From an uncultured Acidobacteriota bacterium (lineage in GTDB: Bacteria > Acidobacteriota > UBA6911), in the NCBI GenBank assembly GCA_963843575.1, contig CAWJKZ010000024.1, forward strand, positions 181,313 through 245,312: a stretch of DNA of 64,000 nt. Direction: 5' to 3'. Every line of letters starts with the position of its first letter. The first letter of the stretch is position 1. The notes beneath the pieces are model-generated. The model saw only the letters and a program-made list of their open reading frames with translations. It searched no databases and was not told the DNA's origin. Both the position numbers and the translations under genes were made by a program. Below are positions 12,921 through 23,251 of the stretch, piece by piece.

Positions 12921-15574
12921 GTGTCCACCCAAAGATCTTGGATCCCCGGCCTCATTCTCCTGCTGTCGCTGACGGCAAGCGGTCGACCTGCGCCGCCCCA
13001 GGAGCCCCCAAGCCAGAATCGGCCCACCATGAACGAGCAGGAACGCCGCAAGGTGATGGAGCGCCTGCTGGAACAGATGAAGCGCCCCGGAGCCGATGCC
13101 CAGCAGGGCATCCGCCCCGCGCCCGAGCAGCCGCCGCAGGGATCCGCGCCGGTGCCGACCGTCGTCCAGCGGGCGCCCATCGGCAGCGACCAGGTGCAGC
13201 TCACCTACGACAACGCCGACCTCTACGAGTTCGTGAACCAGATTGCCGACACCCTGGGGATCACCCCCATCGTGATCGATCCCGAGGTCAAGGGGACCGT
13301 CACGATTCACAGCTCCGCGCCGATGTCCAAGGAAGACATCTTCCCGCTCTTCAACCTCATCCTCAAAAACAACAACGCCGCGCTCGTCAAACAGGGTAAC
13401 ATCTACCAGATCGTCCCGACGTCGGCCGCCCTCAAACGGGGGCTCGAGATCATCGACCACCTGCCGCCCGTGGCTCCCCCGCGCACCTCCCAAGGAGCAG
13501 CACGAACTGCCGAAGGGGAACGGGACGTCGGCCGCCGACCACGGCGCCCGCGCAACAGCCGCCGGCCGGCACTGCCCCCAAGACTCCACCGCAGCCCAGG
13601 CCGTCCACAGTCCCGCAGGCCGTGCCCGTGACGCCCCAGGCCCCGTCCGAGCCGCGCCCGCGGCGGCCCCGGGGCAGGCCGCAGCCGCCCCCGCCGTGCC
13701 CCGGCTGGCCACGCACGTCCTTCGAGTGGAGTTTGTCCCGGTCCGCGACCTCATCGAGCCGCTGAAGCTGTTCATGACCGACGGGGGCGTGATCATGCCC
13801 TACGACCGGCTGAACATGCTGATCGTGACCGACTACAGCGACAGCGTCGCCAAGGTCATGGAGATCATTCGCCTCCTCGACGACAATTATCTCAACGCGG
13901 ACCTTATCGAACTCATCAAAATCAGATACAACGCCTCGCGCCGACGTCGTCGAGGACCTGAAGAAGATATTCGGTGCCGGCACGAAAGAGTCGACGACCG
14001 GCATTTATTTCGTTTCGCTCGACCGCGTGAACTCCATCCTCGTCATGGCCAATTCCAAACGCGCCCTCGAAGAGGTGAAGCGCTGGATCAAGGAACTGGA
14101 TGCGACCACCGGTCGAAGCGTGCAGACGTTCGTCTACACCGTCGAGAACTCCACCGCCTCCAATATCGCCATGATCCTGTTCGGCCCTGTACGGCGGTGA
14201 AGGCGGGAGCTCGGGCGTCCGGCGGCTCGGAACGGGGCAGCTCCGGCCCGTACGGCGTCGGCAGGCTCGGGACCGGCACTCAGGGCGGCTGGTCGGGGGA
14301 ACCACGGCCACGCCGTTCGGCAACACGAACGATCGGCGGCTTCGGGTCGACGGGGTACCGGCAGCACGTACGGCGGCGGCAGCTTCGCTCCGGGGCTTTC
14401 GGCCAGGGCTCGAGCATGTACGGCGGCGGCATGTACGGCGGCGGCGGCTTCGGGGGAGGCGGCTTTCGGCGGCGGGTGGCTTCGGCGGCGGCGGATTCTA
14501 CGGCGGCGGCCAGCAGCTGGGCCCGCGCCTGAATCAGAGCTCCGGCGTCTCGTCGCAGATCCTGCGCGGGGGAGCATTCTCCGGCCTGCAGGACACCGTG
14601 CGCATCGTCACCGACGACATGAACAACTCGCTGATCGTGCAGGCCAGCGCTGCCGACTACGCCTATATCGCGGAGATCATCCGAAACTGGACGTGCTTCC
14701 GCGCCAGGCGATCATCGACGCGCGCATCTTCGAGGTGGACCTGACCGACGCGCTTCAGCTTCGGCGTCGCCGCCACCCTGCAGGCGAAAAGCGGCGAGCA
14801 CCTGACGACCGCCGCGAAGTCGGCCACCACCGGGGCCCTGAGCACCAGCACGTTCGCATTCATCGGCAATGCCAGGGAGATCCTGCTGAACATCGACGCC
14901 CTGCGTCAGAAAACGAAGGTCAGGATACTGGAGGCCCCTTCAGTGCTGGCGCTCGACGGGACGATGGCCCGGATCACCGTCGGCGGCGAGGTCCCATACC
15001 CCGGTGGAAGCTACATCGGCGCCGCCGGCGGGACGGCGACGAGCGTCCAGTACCGCGACACTGGCATCTCGCTCATCGTCATGCCGCGGATTTCGGCGTC
15101 GGGCACCGTGACCCTCGATGTCGCCCAGGAAATCAGCAGCGCGGGCGCGCCGACGAACGACGGGCCCAACGTTCAACAAGACGAGCGTCGCGACTACGCT
15201 GGCGGTGCGCGACGGGGAGACGGTGGCCATCGCCGGCCTTATCCGCGACTCCAACAATATAGCGCGCAGCGGTGTGCCGTTTTTCTCCGAGATCCCGCTG
15301 CTCGGAAGCCTCTTCGGCCGTACCAACCGGAGCGCCAACCGGAGCAGAACTGCTGATCCTCATCACCCCGCACGTCATCCGTAATCCTGAACGTTTCCAG
15401 GAGATGACCCAGGAGCTCAAGGACTCGCTCCGCAATGTCCGCAAGCTGGTCGATCAAAAGAAGGAAGAGCACGTCGAGGACGTCGAGGATGCCCGCAAGG
15501 ACCGCGTCCGCGAACGCGAGAAGCAGCAGAAGAGCCAGGAGCCCCAGCCCGCGGAGAAGCCGCCGCAGCCGTAG
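12921..15574 (+). CDS. gspD: Type II secretion outer-membrane secretin GspD (about 6 frameshifts)
   Basis: Signal peptide, then an N0 domain (VQLTYDNADLYEFVNQIADTLGITPIVIDPEVKGTVTI), N1-N3 repeats, and a Gly-rich linker (GGGMYGGGGFGGGGF). The secretin core is present (VLALDGTMARITVGGEVPY, TSVATTLAVRDGETVAIAGLIRD, SGVPFFSEIPLLGSLFG, ELLILITPHVI). Stop TAG at 15572-15574. Confidence 0.85.
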
Positions 15575-15576
15575 CA

Positions 15577-15653
15577 TGGAGTGCGGCGGCTCGACGCCGA
15601 CGCGGATCTCGGTCTCGAAATGCGGCGTCGAGCCGTCGAGCCGCCGCACTCCA
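15577..15653. repeat. REP-like palindromic element immediately 3' of gspD
   Basis: TGGAGTGCGGCGGCTCGACGCCG ... CGGCGTCGAGCCGTCGAGCCGCCGCACTCCA: inverted arms of about 20 bp with a ~25-nt loop. Starts 3 nt after the gspD stop. Confidence 0.7.
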
Positions 15654-15715
15654 CATTCTGCGCTGCAAAAAACCGCTCTCCGTGTTTGGATCTTCGTATT
15701 ACACTCGCGGGCATC

Positions 15716-16903
15716 ATGGCACATCTGGTCCGGCTCGAGGTGAATGCGGGGCGCAGCGACGCGGTCGAGTTCCGAGTGCGGAACTGCGCGGTCGACCGGC
15801 TGCAGGGCGTCACCCTCGCGCTGGAGGGCCAATCGGTCGAACTGGGCGAGATCGCAGCCGGGGAATCCCGGCTGCCGGTGGTCGCCGCCGCGGCCGGCTC
15901 CTCGGTCGAGCTGGTCGTGGACAACCACGTGTACCGCGGGCGGATCGATCTCGAGCTGAACATCCACCGCCTCGAAAGCTACGCCGGCAACGACCTCGCC
16001 GGCATGCTGAGGAGCGCGGGCGACGAGCGCGAGCTCAACGAGGACCGGGTGCGGGAACGGATCGCCCGGGGCGAGCCGTGGTGGGTCGATGTCGGGCTGG
16101 AGCTCGACGAGGCGGAGACCTCGCGCCGGTCGACCGAGTCGCGAAGTTTCTTCTGCGTCCCTGATGCGCCCTGCCCTGCTCGCGCATCCAAGGCGCTGCT
16201 GGAGAGCGCGGACCCGGCGGAGCCGCGGCGCATCTTCCTCTACTCGTCGCCCGAGGTCCGCTTCGGGCGCAACACGCAGAAGAACGACGCCGTGCTGCGC
16301 TTCCTCCCGGATTTCTTCGGCGACGAGCGCAGCAAGACCATCAGCAGCGAGCAGTTCGTCGCCCGCTCGGCCGGCGAGGGCTGCACCCTCACGCTGTCGC
16401 CGCAGGGGCGCGCCCCCCTGACCTGCAACGGGAAGGTGGTCGAGCAGGGCAAGCAGTTGCCGCTCGCGACCGGGGACGAGATCAGGATCGGGGCGCACGA
16501 ATTCACACTCAGGGTTTATTGCGAGCCGCGCACGAACGACCACGGCTGGCTGCGCACCCGTGAACTGGCCTTGCGGCTGGATCCGGGCGACGATCATTTC
16601 GCCGCCTGCCCCTGGGATTTCGTGAGTTTCTCGCGCACCGCGAACGGCCCCGAGGAGGAGTACTGCTGGCTCTTCCGGAAAGCGGACATCGGCTGGGCAC
16701 CCGGCGCAGGCCTCCGGCTCGGGCAGCCGGGGGCGCGCCTGTCATTCTGGAACGGGCGCTACTATGTCGAGGCCACCGATCCCGCCAGGGAGGTGAAAGT
16801 GGGCGGCCGCCGGCTGCTCCCGCGCGAAGCGGCGTGCCTCGGGACCGAGACGGAAATCGCGCTCGGCACGCGGACGTTTCGCTGGACCCTGGTGCAGGCA
16901 TGA
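15716..16903 (+). CDS. FHA-domain protein
   Basis: Intact ORF (ATG at 15716 within the 15581 ORF). FHA signature VRFGRNTQKNDAVLRF...TLTLSPQGRAPLTCNGKVVEQGKQLPLATGDEIRIGAHEFTL, plus a second weaker FHA-like segment near the C-terminus. Confidence 0.65.
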   Translation: MAHLVRLEVNAGRSDAVEFRVRNCAVDRLQGVTLALEGQSVELGEIAAGESRLPVVAAAAGSSVELVVDNHVYRGRIDLELNIHRLESYAGNDLAGMLRSAGDERELNEDRVRERIARGEPWWVDVGLELDEAETSRRSTESRSFFCVPDAPCPARASKALLESADPAEPRRIFLYSSPEVRFGRNTQKNDAVLRFLPDFFGDERSKTISSEQFVARSAGEGCTLTLSPQGRAPLTCNGKVVEQGKQLPLATGDEIRIGAHEFTLRVYCEPRTNDHGWLRTRELALRLDPGDDHFAACPWDFVSFSRTANGPEEEYCWLFRKADIGWAPGAGLRLGQPGARLSFWNGRYYVEATDPAREVKVGGRRLLPREAACLGTETEIALGTRTFRWTLVQA

Positions 16904-17605
16904 GAGACCACTTGCCCCGGATCGCCGGCGCGGTCCTGTTCGTGGCCGGGTTCATCCTGCTGGTGACATCCCCTCCCCGGGAGCAATTCAACGCGCTGCG
17001 GCTGTATTTCTCGCTGGGCTGCTTCGTGGCCGGATACCTGCTGGTGCTCGGGCTGATCGGGACGGACCCCGTCGCCGCGCGCGTGCGGCGCGAGCCGCCT
17101 GCCGCCGCCCGCGCCGGACCGTCTGTGTCCCGTCGAGGAACAGATCTTTCCCTACACCGCGACACCCGGGCGCCGGGCGCTGGCGGTCGGGTCCGGGATC
17201 GCGCTCGCGCTGCCGCTCTTGTTTGGCGCGGGCTGGGTTTTCCGCGCGATCCCCGGCAGCCCCCTCGACCGCGCGACGGCGGCGTTCCCGCTCTTCCTCG
17301 GTGCGGCGGTCTGCGGCTGGTGCCCGGTGCGCTGGTCCGGGATGTACGTGAAGGCCGATCGGCAAGGTCTGACCGCGCGGCTGTACTTTCGCACCGTCTC
17401 GCTACGCTGGGAGGACGTGGAGGTCCTGGTCGCGCGCGAGCGCCGGACCCCGACGCTTGTTCTATCCGTCCCGCTGCTCGTGCCGCTCGAGACCGTTTAT
17501 ACGGTGTACTCCAGGGATTCGATGCTCTACTTCACCGCCCGTCTCCCCGGAAAGGACCGGCTGGCCGCCCTCATCGCCGAGGCGACGGGCCTCCGCTGGC
17601 AGTAG
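16900..17605 (+). CDS. Membrane protein with a C-terminal bacterial PH-like domain (one frameshift), translationally coupled to the FHA gene
   Basis: ATGA start/stop overlap with the FHA gene. Two N-terminal TM helices. C-terminal part YVKADRQGLTARLYFRTVSLRWEDVEVLVARE...LYFTARLPGKDRLAALIAEATGLRW resembles bPH/YdbS-type domains. Confidence 0.45.
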
Positions 17606-17611
17606 CCGCCG

Positions 17612-20600
17612 CTATTTCAGCACGAAGCTGACGGTGACCTTCCACGAGCCGTCCCCGGAAAAGACGTGTTCGCCGCTTCCGCGCGCCTCGTCCGAGGTGT
17701 AGGTCCCGGTGACCTTGAATTCCCCGAGCTGAGGTTCTTCGGGCTGCAGCCGCCAGAAATAGAACGTGAAATTCCCCTTTCCGTCGTGGGTGCCGGTCAA
17801 GTCAACGAGCTCGGTCACTTTGACCTCGCAGGTGAGCCACGCGGGGGGTGGGATGCAGTTCGCCTGCGGCATCGGCAGGAGCGGCGACGACGTCCGTGCG
17901 GTCACGGTGCCGTTGTCGTGCAGCGTCAGGGTGATGGGCAAGACTCCCGCTGCATGACCCTGTCGGGGTACACCCGTAGCTCGACGCGCGACGTGTACGT
18001 CCGATCCACCTGCATGTTCCCCGAGAACTCGAGCTCGCCGGCCTTGACCAGGATCGTCGCGGTGGCCTGTGCCGTCACCGAGTTGGCCGAGGCGGTGAAC
18101 CGGATCGTCTTGAGCCCGGACTGCGGGGGCGTGACTTCGGTGCCGAAGGTGTATGCGCCCTCTTGGGCGTTGCCGTACAACTCGAGCGCCGCCGGGCCCC
18201 CGATCGCGCTCAGATCGGCGACCACGGAAGTGGCCCCGAGAGAGTTGCACGAGATCCGCACGCTATTTCGCCTGTTGATGTACAGATCGCCGGCCGCGGC
18301 GGCATCGGTGATCACCAGGTTCACCCGCACGGTGGCGTAAGCCGTGACCGAGTCGCCGGTGCTGCTCGACCCGTAGAATTTCACCTGCCTGTCCCCCGGG
18401 GTCGCCGGCCGGACGCTGATCGCCGAAGCGGGCGCCCAGATGTCGTCCTGTGTCGCGGGGTCCTTTCCCGTGCGGACGAACTCTATGACGGCAGGCCCGC
18501 CGATGGACGTCGCGTCGGCGCGGACGATGTTGATGCCGCGGGTCGTGCACCGGAGCGTGACCTGCCCGTTCCTGCCGGTTTCGAGCGCCGCCGCGGGCGT
18601 GGCGCTGGCGCCGGTGATGGCGAGCGTCGCGGTTCCCACCTGCACCGATTCGTAGTGCGAATACGACAGCACCGAATGGAAGGTCGTGAACATCGCGTCC
18701 TCGATGATCCAATTCAGCCCCGTGAGGATGTCGAGGGCCGTGTTGACGGCTTCCCCCGTTCCGGCGGTGCCGGCCGCTGCCGCGCACCCCACGATACTGT
18801 GGATGGTGCTCTTGAGCGCCGCGTCGTACAGCTGGTCTGCCGCTCCCTGGTCCCCGGTGAGCCACTCCACGTACTTGTGCCTGCAGGAACCGCGGCAATC
18901 CCGGACTGGACGGCGATGTCCGCACATTCGGTGAGCGATCCCAATCCCGCGATGGCTCGTACGCCTTCCATCGTGAAGTAGAAGAAATCCAGGACCGTCA
19001 CGGTCGCCAGGACCTGCGCGTCCGCGAGGCTGACCCCGCGCAGCTCGGCCGGCAGTCCCCGGCTCTTGTAGAAGGGTATCGCGCGTGAAAACGAGCCGTA
19101 GGTCTTCACGACACCGGACGGATTGGCCCGCACCACCGCGCCGGTCTCGTTGCCGTAAAGCTTGGTGGCCCCCCCTCCCATGTATTCCAGGAACTTGTCG
19201 AGAAAATCGAACAGCTCGGTGGGAATCGTGCTGGCCCGCAACGGGAGGTAGCGGGCGACTTCGCCTGTGAAGTCTCCCTTGGCCGCAGCCCATCGCCGGG
19301 TGGTATTCACGCCGTCGGATCAGCAGGGCGGTTTCCTGTCCTTCGTAGGTCAGGTCGACTCCTGTTTTCATGGAGATCCTGTCGGCTCCGCCGGGGAACA
19401 CTCCTTCCCGGAGAATTTCTCCTGCGGCACTGGGGGCGGAGGCACCGCCGCTCAGCCCCGTCAGGAAATAGCCGACCGCCCTCCGTGAGTTCTGATCCGA
19501 AAGCGCCGCGTTCCCCAGCGCGGGGTGATACAGGTAGGCCTTGCCGTTCTTGATGATCGCGACGAGGGATTCAGGCGCCAGGGCGGCGGTGTTTTGATAG
19601 GACTGTCCCTGGGAGATGATCGTGGCCCCGGGGGCGATCACGACGCCGTTGGAGTACCCGGCGCTGCCGTCGGGGACGTCGACGCCTCGAGCCCGGATGC
19701 CCGCGGCGAAAGCGTCCAGGGTCGTGAGATCGGCGGCGAGGTTGAGCTGGAAAGCCACGATGGGCTGGTCGGAGGAATAGTGCACGCTGGTGTACTCGGG
19801 CGTCTCGGGAGGGAAAAACTCAAAGGTGAATCCCAGCTGCTTCGCAAAAGGTGCTACCTGCGTCGTCCGTGAAATGACGGTTCTACCCTGGTCGTCGAAT
19901 GCGGTCAGGGTCACGTTCGCCTTCGTGCCGGAAACGTTCACGAAGGCGATGCCGGTGTAGGAGAACTTCTCCACGCTGGGGAAAATCCCTTCCTTGGAGC
20001 TGATGTTCACCCCGGTGTAGCCTGCCATCATGTCGCCGTTCTGAGCGGCGAACAGCTCGAAGCCGGTGACCGGCACGCTCCCTTCGACCTCGAGCCAGGC
20101 GGCTTCCTGGGGCAGGCCCAGGGTGCTGAGCAGCCCGATATAGCGTTGGCGCGGCTTCAGCGTCCGGGTCACTTCCGGGCAGGGAGGTCCCGTCGTAGCG
20201 GTGCGGTGTGATGCGCAGCCGGCAATCGACCGCGGCGGGATTGAAGACCACGATGCCGGTCCACCAGAAGTCGTCCTGCGCAAGGTGTGGGAAGAAGAGG
20301 CGGTTCGCGGTTTCGTCTTCCAGCAGCAGCCCGTCGAGAAGGGCGGGGCCGGTCTGGTTCGTGCTGCCAAACAGTTCGGTGCCGACGATCCCGGCGCCGT
20401 TCTTCACGATGGCCGACTCGAGAGCCGGCTGGGGTTGACCCCCGAACCACTCCTGCACCTGCGCGTAGAATCGCCCGTGCGCGGGCAGGTCCACCGATTT
20501 CGTCGCCCCGTTGTTGAATTCGATCGTCAGCTGCTTGGGATAGGGCGTTGTGTTGACGAGGCTGATGCCCGTCCACCAGTCGGCGAGCGAGGCGATGTGG

Positions 20601-21008
20601 GTGATGTAGAAGTCGCCCGTGTTGGGTTTGGCGGCTGCGGCGATCGAGGCCAGTGCGCGGCCCGGGGTCCCCACGCGCGCGAAGCCGCTCACGGTCAGCG
20701 ACGGCGATTCAAAAACGACATAGCCGATGTTCGCGATGCCCGGGAAGATCTCTTCCAGCCCGCGCTTGACGCGCGCATTCGGTGCGAGCGTCACCGGCGC
20801 CGATTCCGCCAGCATCAACCCGGCGTCGGAGAAGGCCCTGAACGTCCCCCTGACCGGATCGGCGGCGCTCGTGTTTGCGACGCAGATCTCGGTGCTCCAC
20901 CCGGTGCGGGATGACGGCGTGAGGATAGTGCAGCGCCGCGCCCGCGTCACGGGCCGAGGCCAGAGTCAAGAGCACGAACGAGACAATGACGGTAAAGCAT
21001 CGCAGCAT
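17612..21008 (-). CDS. Large secreted multidomain protein of about 1130 aa (signal peptide, internally repeated roughly 180-aa domain; several frameshifts)
   Basis: N-terminus MLRCFTVIVSFVLLTLASARDAGA at 21008. Two related domains recur (FPGIANIGYVVFESPSLTVSGFARVG... and FPSVEKFSYTGIAFVNVSGTKANVTLTAFD...). Ig/Big-like segments and a C-terminal ~100-aa domain end at the stop at 17612. Pieces map to ORFs 20709-21008, 19883-20950, 17926-20370, 18714-19310 and 17612-18250. Confidence 0.55.
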
Positions 21009-21081
21009 GGCTTGCTCCGCTCCACATCTCTGGGTTCAATGCCCTCCAACCATCCGTGCAATCCGCGCAAATCCGCGTCCT

Positions 21082-22236
21082 CTAGCGGCCGGCGACCTTG
21101 AGGCCGGCAAGCAACCACTTCGGCAGATCGGAGACACTCTTCCCGTGCGATTTCAGGAAGCGCGCCATGCGCTCGGGGTACTGGCGTTTCGGGAAGAGGA
21201 AGTCGAGCGAGTTTTCCAGGCCGATCCGGGCCATCCGCTCCTCCCCGAGCTGCAGGAACGGCTTGACGTAATCGGTTTCGCGCCAGGTGTGGCGCGTCAT
21301 GGACCAGTCAGTCCCGAAGATGATGCGCTTGCCCGCGAGGTGGTCCTTGTCGAGCAGGTTTTTCAGAACTTCGAAGTACGGCCCGCTCGTCGATCGCTCA
21401 AGCGCCTGGCGGTTGTAGGCGAGGTCCGCGTAGACGTTGGGGTACTTCCAGATCAGGTCGCGGATCTGGCAGGACCACGAGCCAGGATCCTTGATCTGGG
21501 CGAGGTCCCCGCCGAAGTGCGCCAGGTTGAGGTAGAGGTCGGGATACTTCTTCAGGACGCCGGCCCAGACGGCGGGTCGCGTGAACTCGCTGCGCACTTC
21601 CTTCACCTTGAGGACGTCGTTGCTGTAAGCGCCGCCCGGGGAGCAGTGCGTTGTGATCGGGATTTGGTTCCTGGCGCAGTAGTCGTAGATCTTGTTCAGA
21701 TCGTCGTTGGTCTGCGGATCGTTGTAGACCGAGTCCGGGTCGGGGTGATAGCCGAGCGCCGGGTACATTTTGATCCCGAGAAAGCCGAGCTCCTCGAGGC
21801 AGCGCCGGGTGAGGTCCGCGGCGCGGGTGCGGCGCGGATCCACCATAGCGAAGGGCATCAGGGCACCGAAGTGCTCGATCGATATGTCCGAGATCAGCTT
21901 CAGCTGGTAGTTGTAGGGGATCTGCGGGTTGTCGGTGAAGGTGGCGCGCCCCATGTCGACGATGAGCGGGACCGCGAGCTGGATGCCGGCGGCTTCCATC
22001 TCCTGCCGCAGCCGGAGCGCGACCTCGTGTATGTCCATCTTCATGAGGTCGTACACCTCGTGCAGGCGGCGCAGCTTCCTGCGCGGCATGGACCCGGCGA
22101 TCACGCGGACCAGCGGGCGGGTGCTGCCGTGGCGGAGCATCCACTCGAGCGCGGCCGACCGGCTCTTGAAGCACGCCGGCGAGATGAACTGGTAGTTGAG
22201 CAGGTGACAGTGGGCGTTGATGAGTTTGGCGGGCAT
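21082..22236 (-). CDS. Amidohydrolase-2 family (TIM-barrel metal-dependent hydrolase)
   Basis: Intact 384-aa ORF. Metal-ligand motifs NAHCH (N-terminus), HFGG and GTDW. Confidence 0.65.
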   Translation of the reverse strand: MPAKLINAHCHLLNYQFISPACFKSRSAALEWMLRHGSTRPLVRVIAGSMPRRKLRRLHEVYDLMKMDIHEVALRLRQEMEAAGIQLAVPLIVDMGRATFTDNPQIPYNYQLKLISDISIEHFGALMPFAMVDPRRTRAADLTRRCLEELGFLGIKMYPALGYHPDPDSVYNDPQTNDDLNKIYDYCARNQIPITTHCSPGGAYSNDVLKVKEVRSEFTRPAVWAGVLKKYPDLYLNLAHFGGDLAQIKDPGSWSCQIRDLIWKYPNVYADLAYNRQALERSTSGPYFEVLKNLLDKDHLAGKRIIFGTDWSMTRHTWRETDYVKPFLQLGEERMARIGLENSLDFLFPKRQYPERMARFLKSHGKSVSDLPKWLLAGLKVAGR

Positions 22237-22320
22237 GATTGGCTATCATAAAACAAAAAGCGTACGGCGGAGGATGCGGAAATCTCCGGCCGTTTTCCCT
22301 GACACGTTTTCCCGTTCAAT

Positions 22321-22331
22321 TGTGCTATAAG
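22321..22331 (+). promoter_or_regulatory. Candidate extended -10 promoter (TGcTATAAG) for the + strand operon starting at 22378
   Basis: TGTGCTATAAG sits about 45 nt upstream of the 22378 start, in a 140-bp divergent intergenic region. No good -35 hexamer. Confidence 0.3.
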
Positions 22332-22377
22332 GGGGCGTTCGCAAAACAAGTCAGCTCGAAGGGTTACCGCAATCGCC

Positions 22378-23241
22378 ATGCACCGGTTGACGGATCCATT
22401 CTGGGCATTCTGGGGCAGGATCCTGCTCAAGCCCGTGGCGTTGGTCGTGCTGAGCGCCTCGATGCTTTTCGAGGGCTATCACCTCCTCGCCCCGTCCGGG
22501 GACAGCCTCGGCGGCATCCGCCGCGATCTCGCCGAACAGGTCTGCGGCAAGGCCGTCGACGAGCTGCCGAAGATGAACGGCGTCCCGTCCCTCGCGGTTC
22601 TCAACCTCGCCGGCGACGACCAGGGGCTCGTCACCGAAATCCTGCGCGCGCGGCTCGAAGCTTCCGGCGAGTTCCGCCTGATGGAGCCCGGCTTTTTCAG
22701 GAAGCTCCTGCGCGAATTCGGCAAGGAGGAAGCGCCCGTCTCGCGTCTCGCCGACGCGGTCGACATGGCCCGCAAGCTCGGGGTCGACCTGGTCCTCTTC
22801 GGCGAACTCCCGGAATTCAAGGCCTCGGCCGACCGTGCCGCGATCCGGCTCGAGCTGCGGATGGCCGAGCGCGCGACAGGCCAGGCTTTGTTCGCGCGCA
22901 GCTACTCGGAGAGCGTGGGCAGCGGCCCGGGTCGTTTCAGCTGGCGCGCGCGCATGGCGGGGAGCGCCAAGGGGCGCAGGATATTCATCTGGGTCGCGTT
23001 CACCCTGCTGCTCCCACTCCTGACCGTCCCCTTGATCCGCCGCATCATCTCGGTCGAATCGAATCTCGTCAACCTCGTCCTGCTCGTGGCCTACACGGCC
23101 GTCGACCTGGCGCTCGCGTTCTTCCTGACGGGCTTCTGGATTCCCGGGATCTGGACCGCGGTCGTGCTGCTGCTCGCGCTCGCGGCGAGCGCTCTCTACA
23201 ACTACGTGATTGCTTCGTTTATCGAAGAGATGAGTCACTGA
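22378..23241 (+). CDS. Hypothetical membrane protein, first gene of the ESCRT-like cluster
   Basis: Intact 287-aa ORF. N-terminal TM segment and a soluble middle region. The C-terminal third is strongly hydrophobic (IFIWVAFTLLLPLLTVPLI...IPGIWTAVVLLLALAASALY). Confidence 0.5.
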   Translation: MHRLTDPFWAFWGRILLKPVALVVLSASMLFEGYHLLAPSGDSLGGIRRDLAEQVCGKAVDELPKMNGVPSLAVLNLAGDDQGLVTEILRARLEASGEFRLMEPGFFRKLLREFGKEEAPVSRLADAVDMARKLGVDLVLFGELPEFKASADRAAIRLELRMAERATGQALFARSYSESVGSGPGRFSWRARMAGSAKGRRIFIWVAFTLLLPLLTVPLIRRIISVESNLVNLVLLVAYTAVDLALAFFLTGFWIPGIWTAVVLLLALAASALYNYVIASFIEEMSH

Positions 23242-23251
23242 GGTAACCGAT

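Noticed and set aside
14380-14520. Glycine-codon tandem repeat (GGC GGC ... TAC GGC GGC GGC) that superficially resembles a simple-sequence repeat or array
   Set aside because: It lies inside the secretin ORF and encodes a Gly/Tyr/Phe-rich flexible linker (GGGMYGGGGFGGGGF). There is no spacer-repeat periodicity and nothing CRISPR-like.
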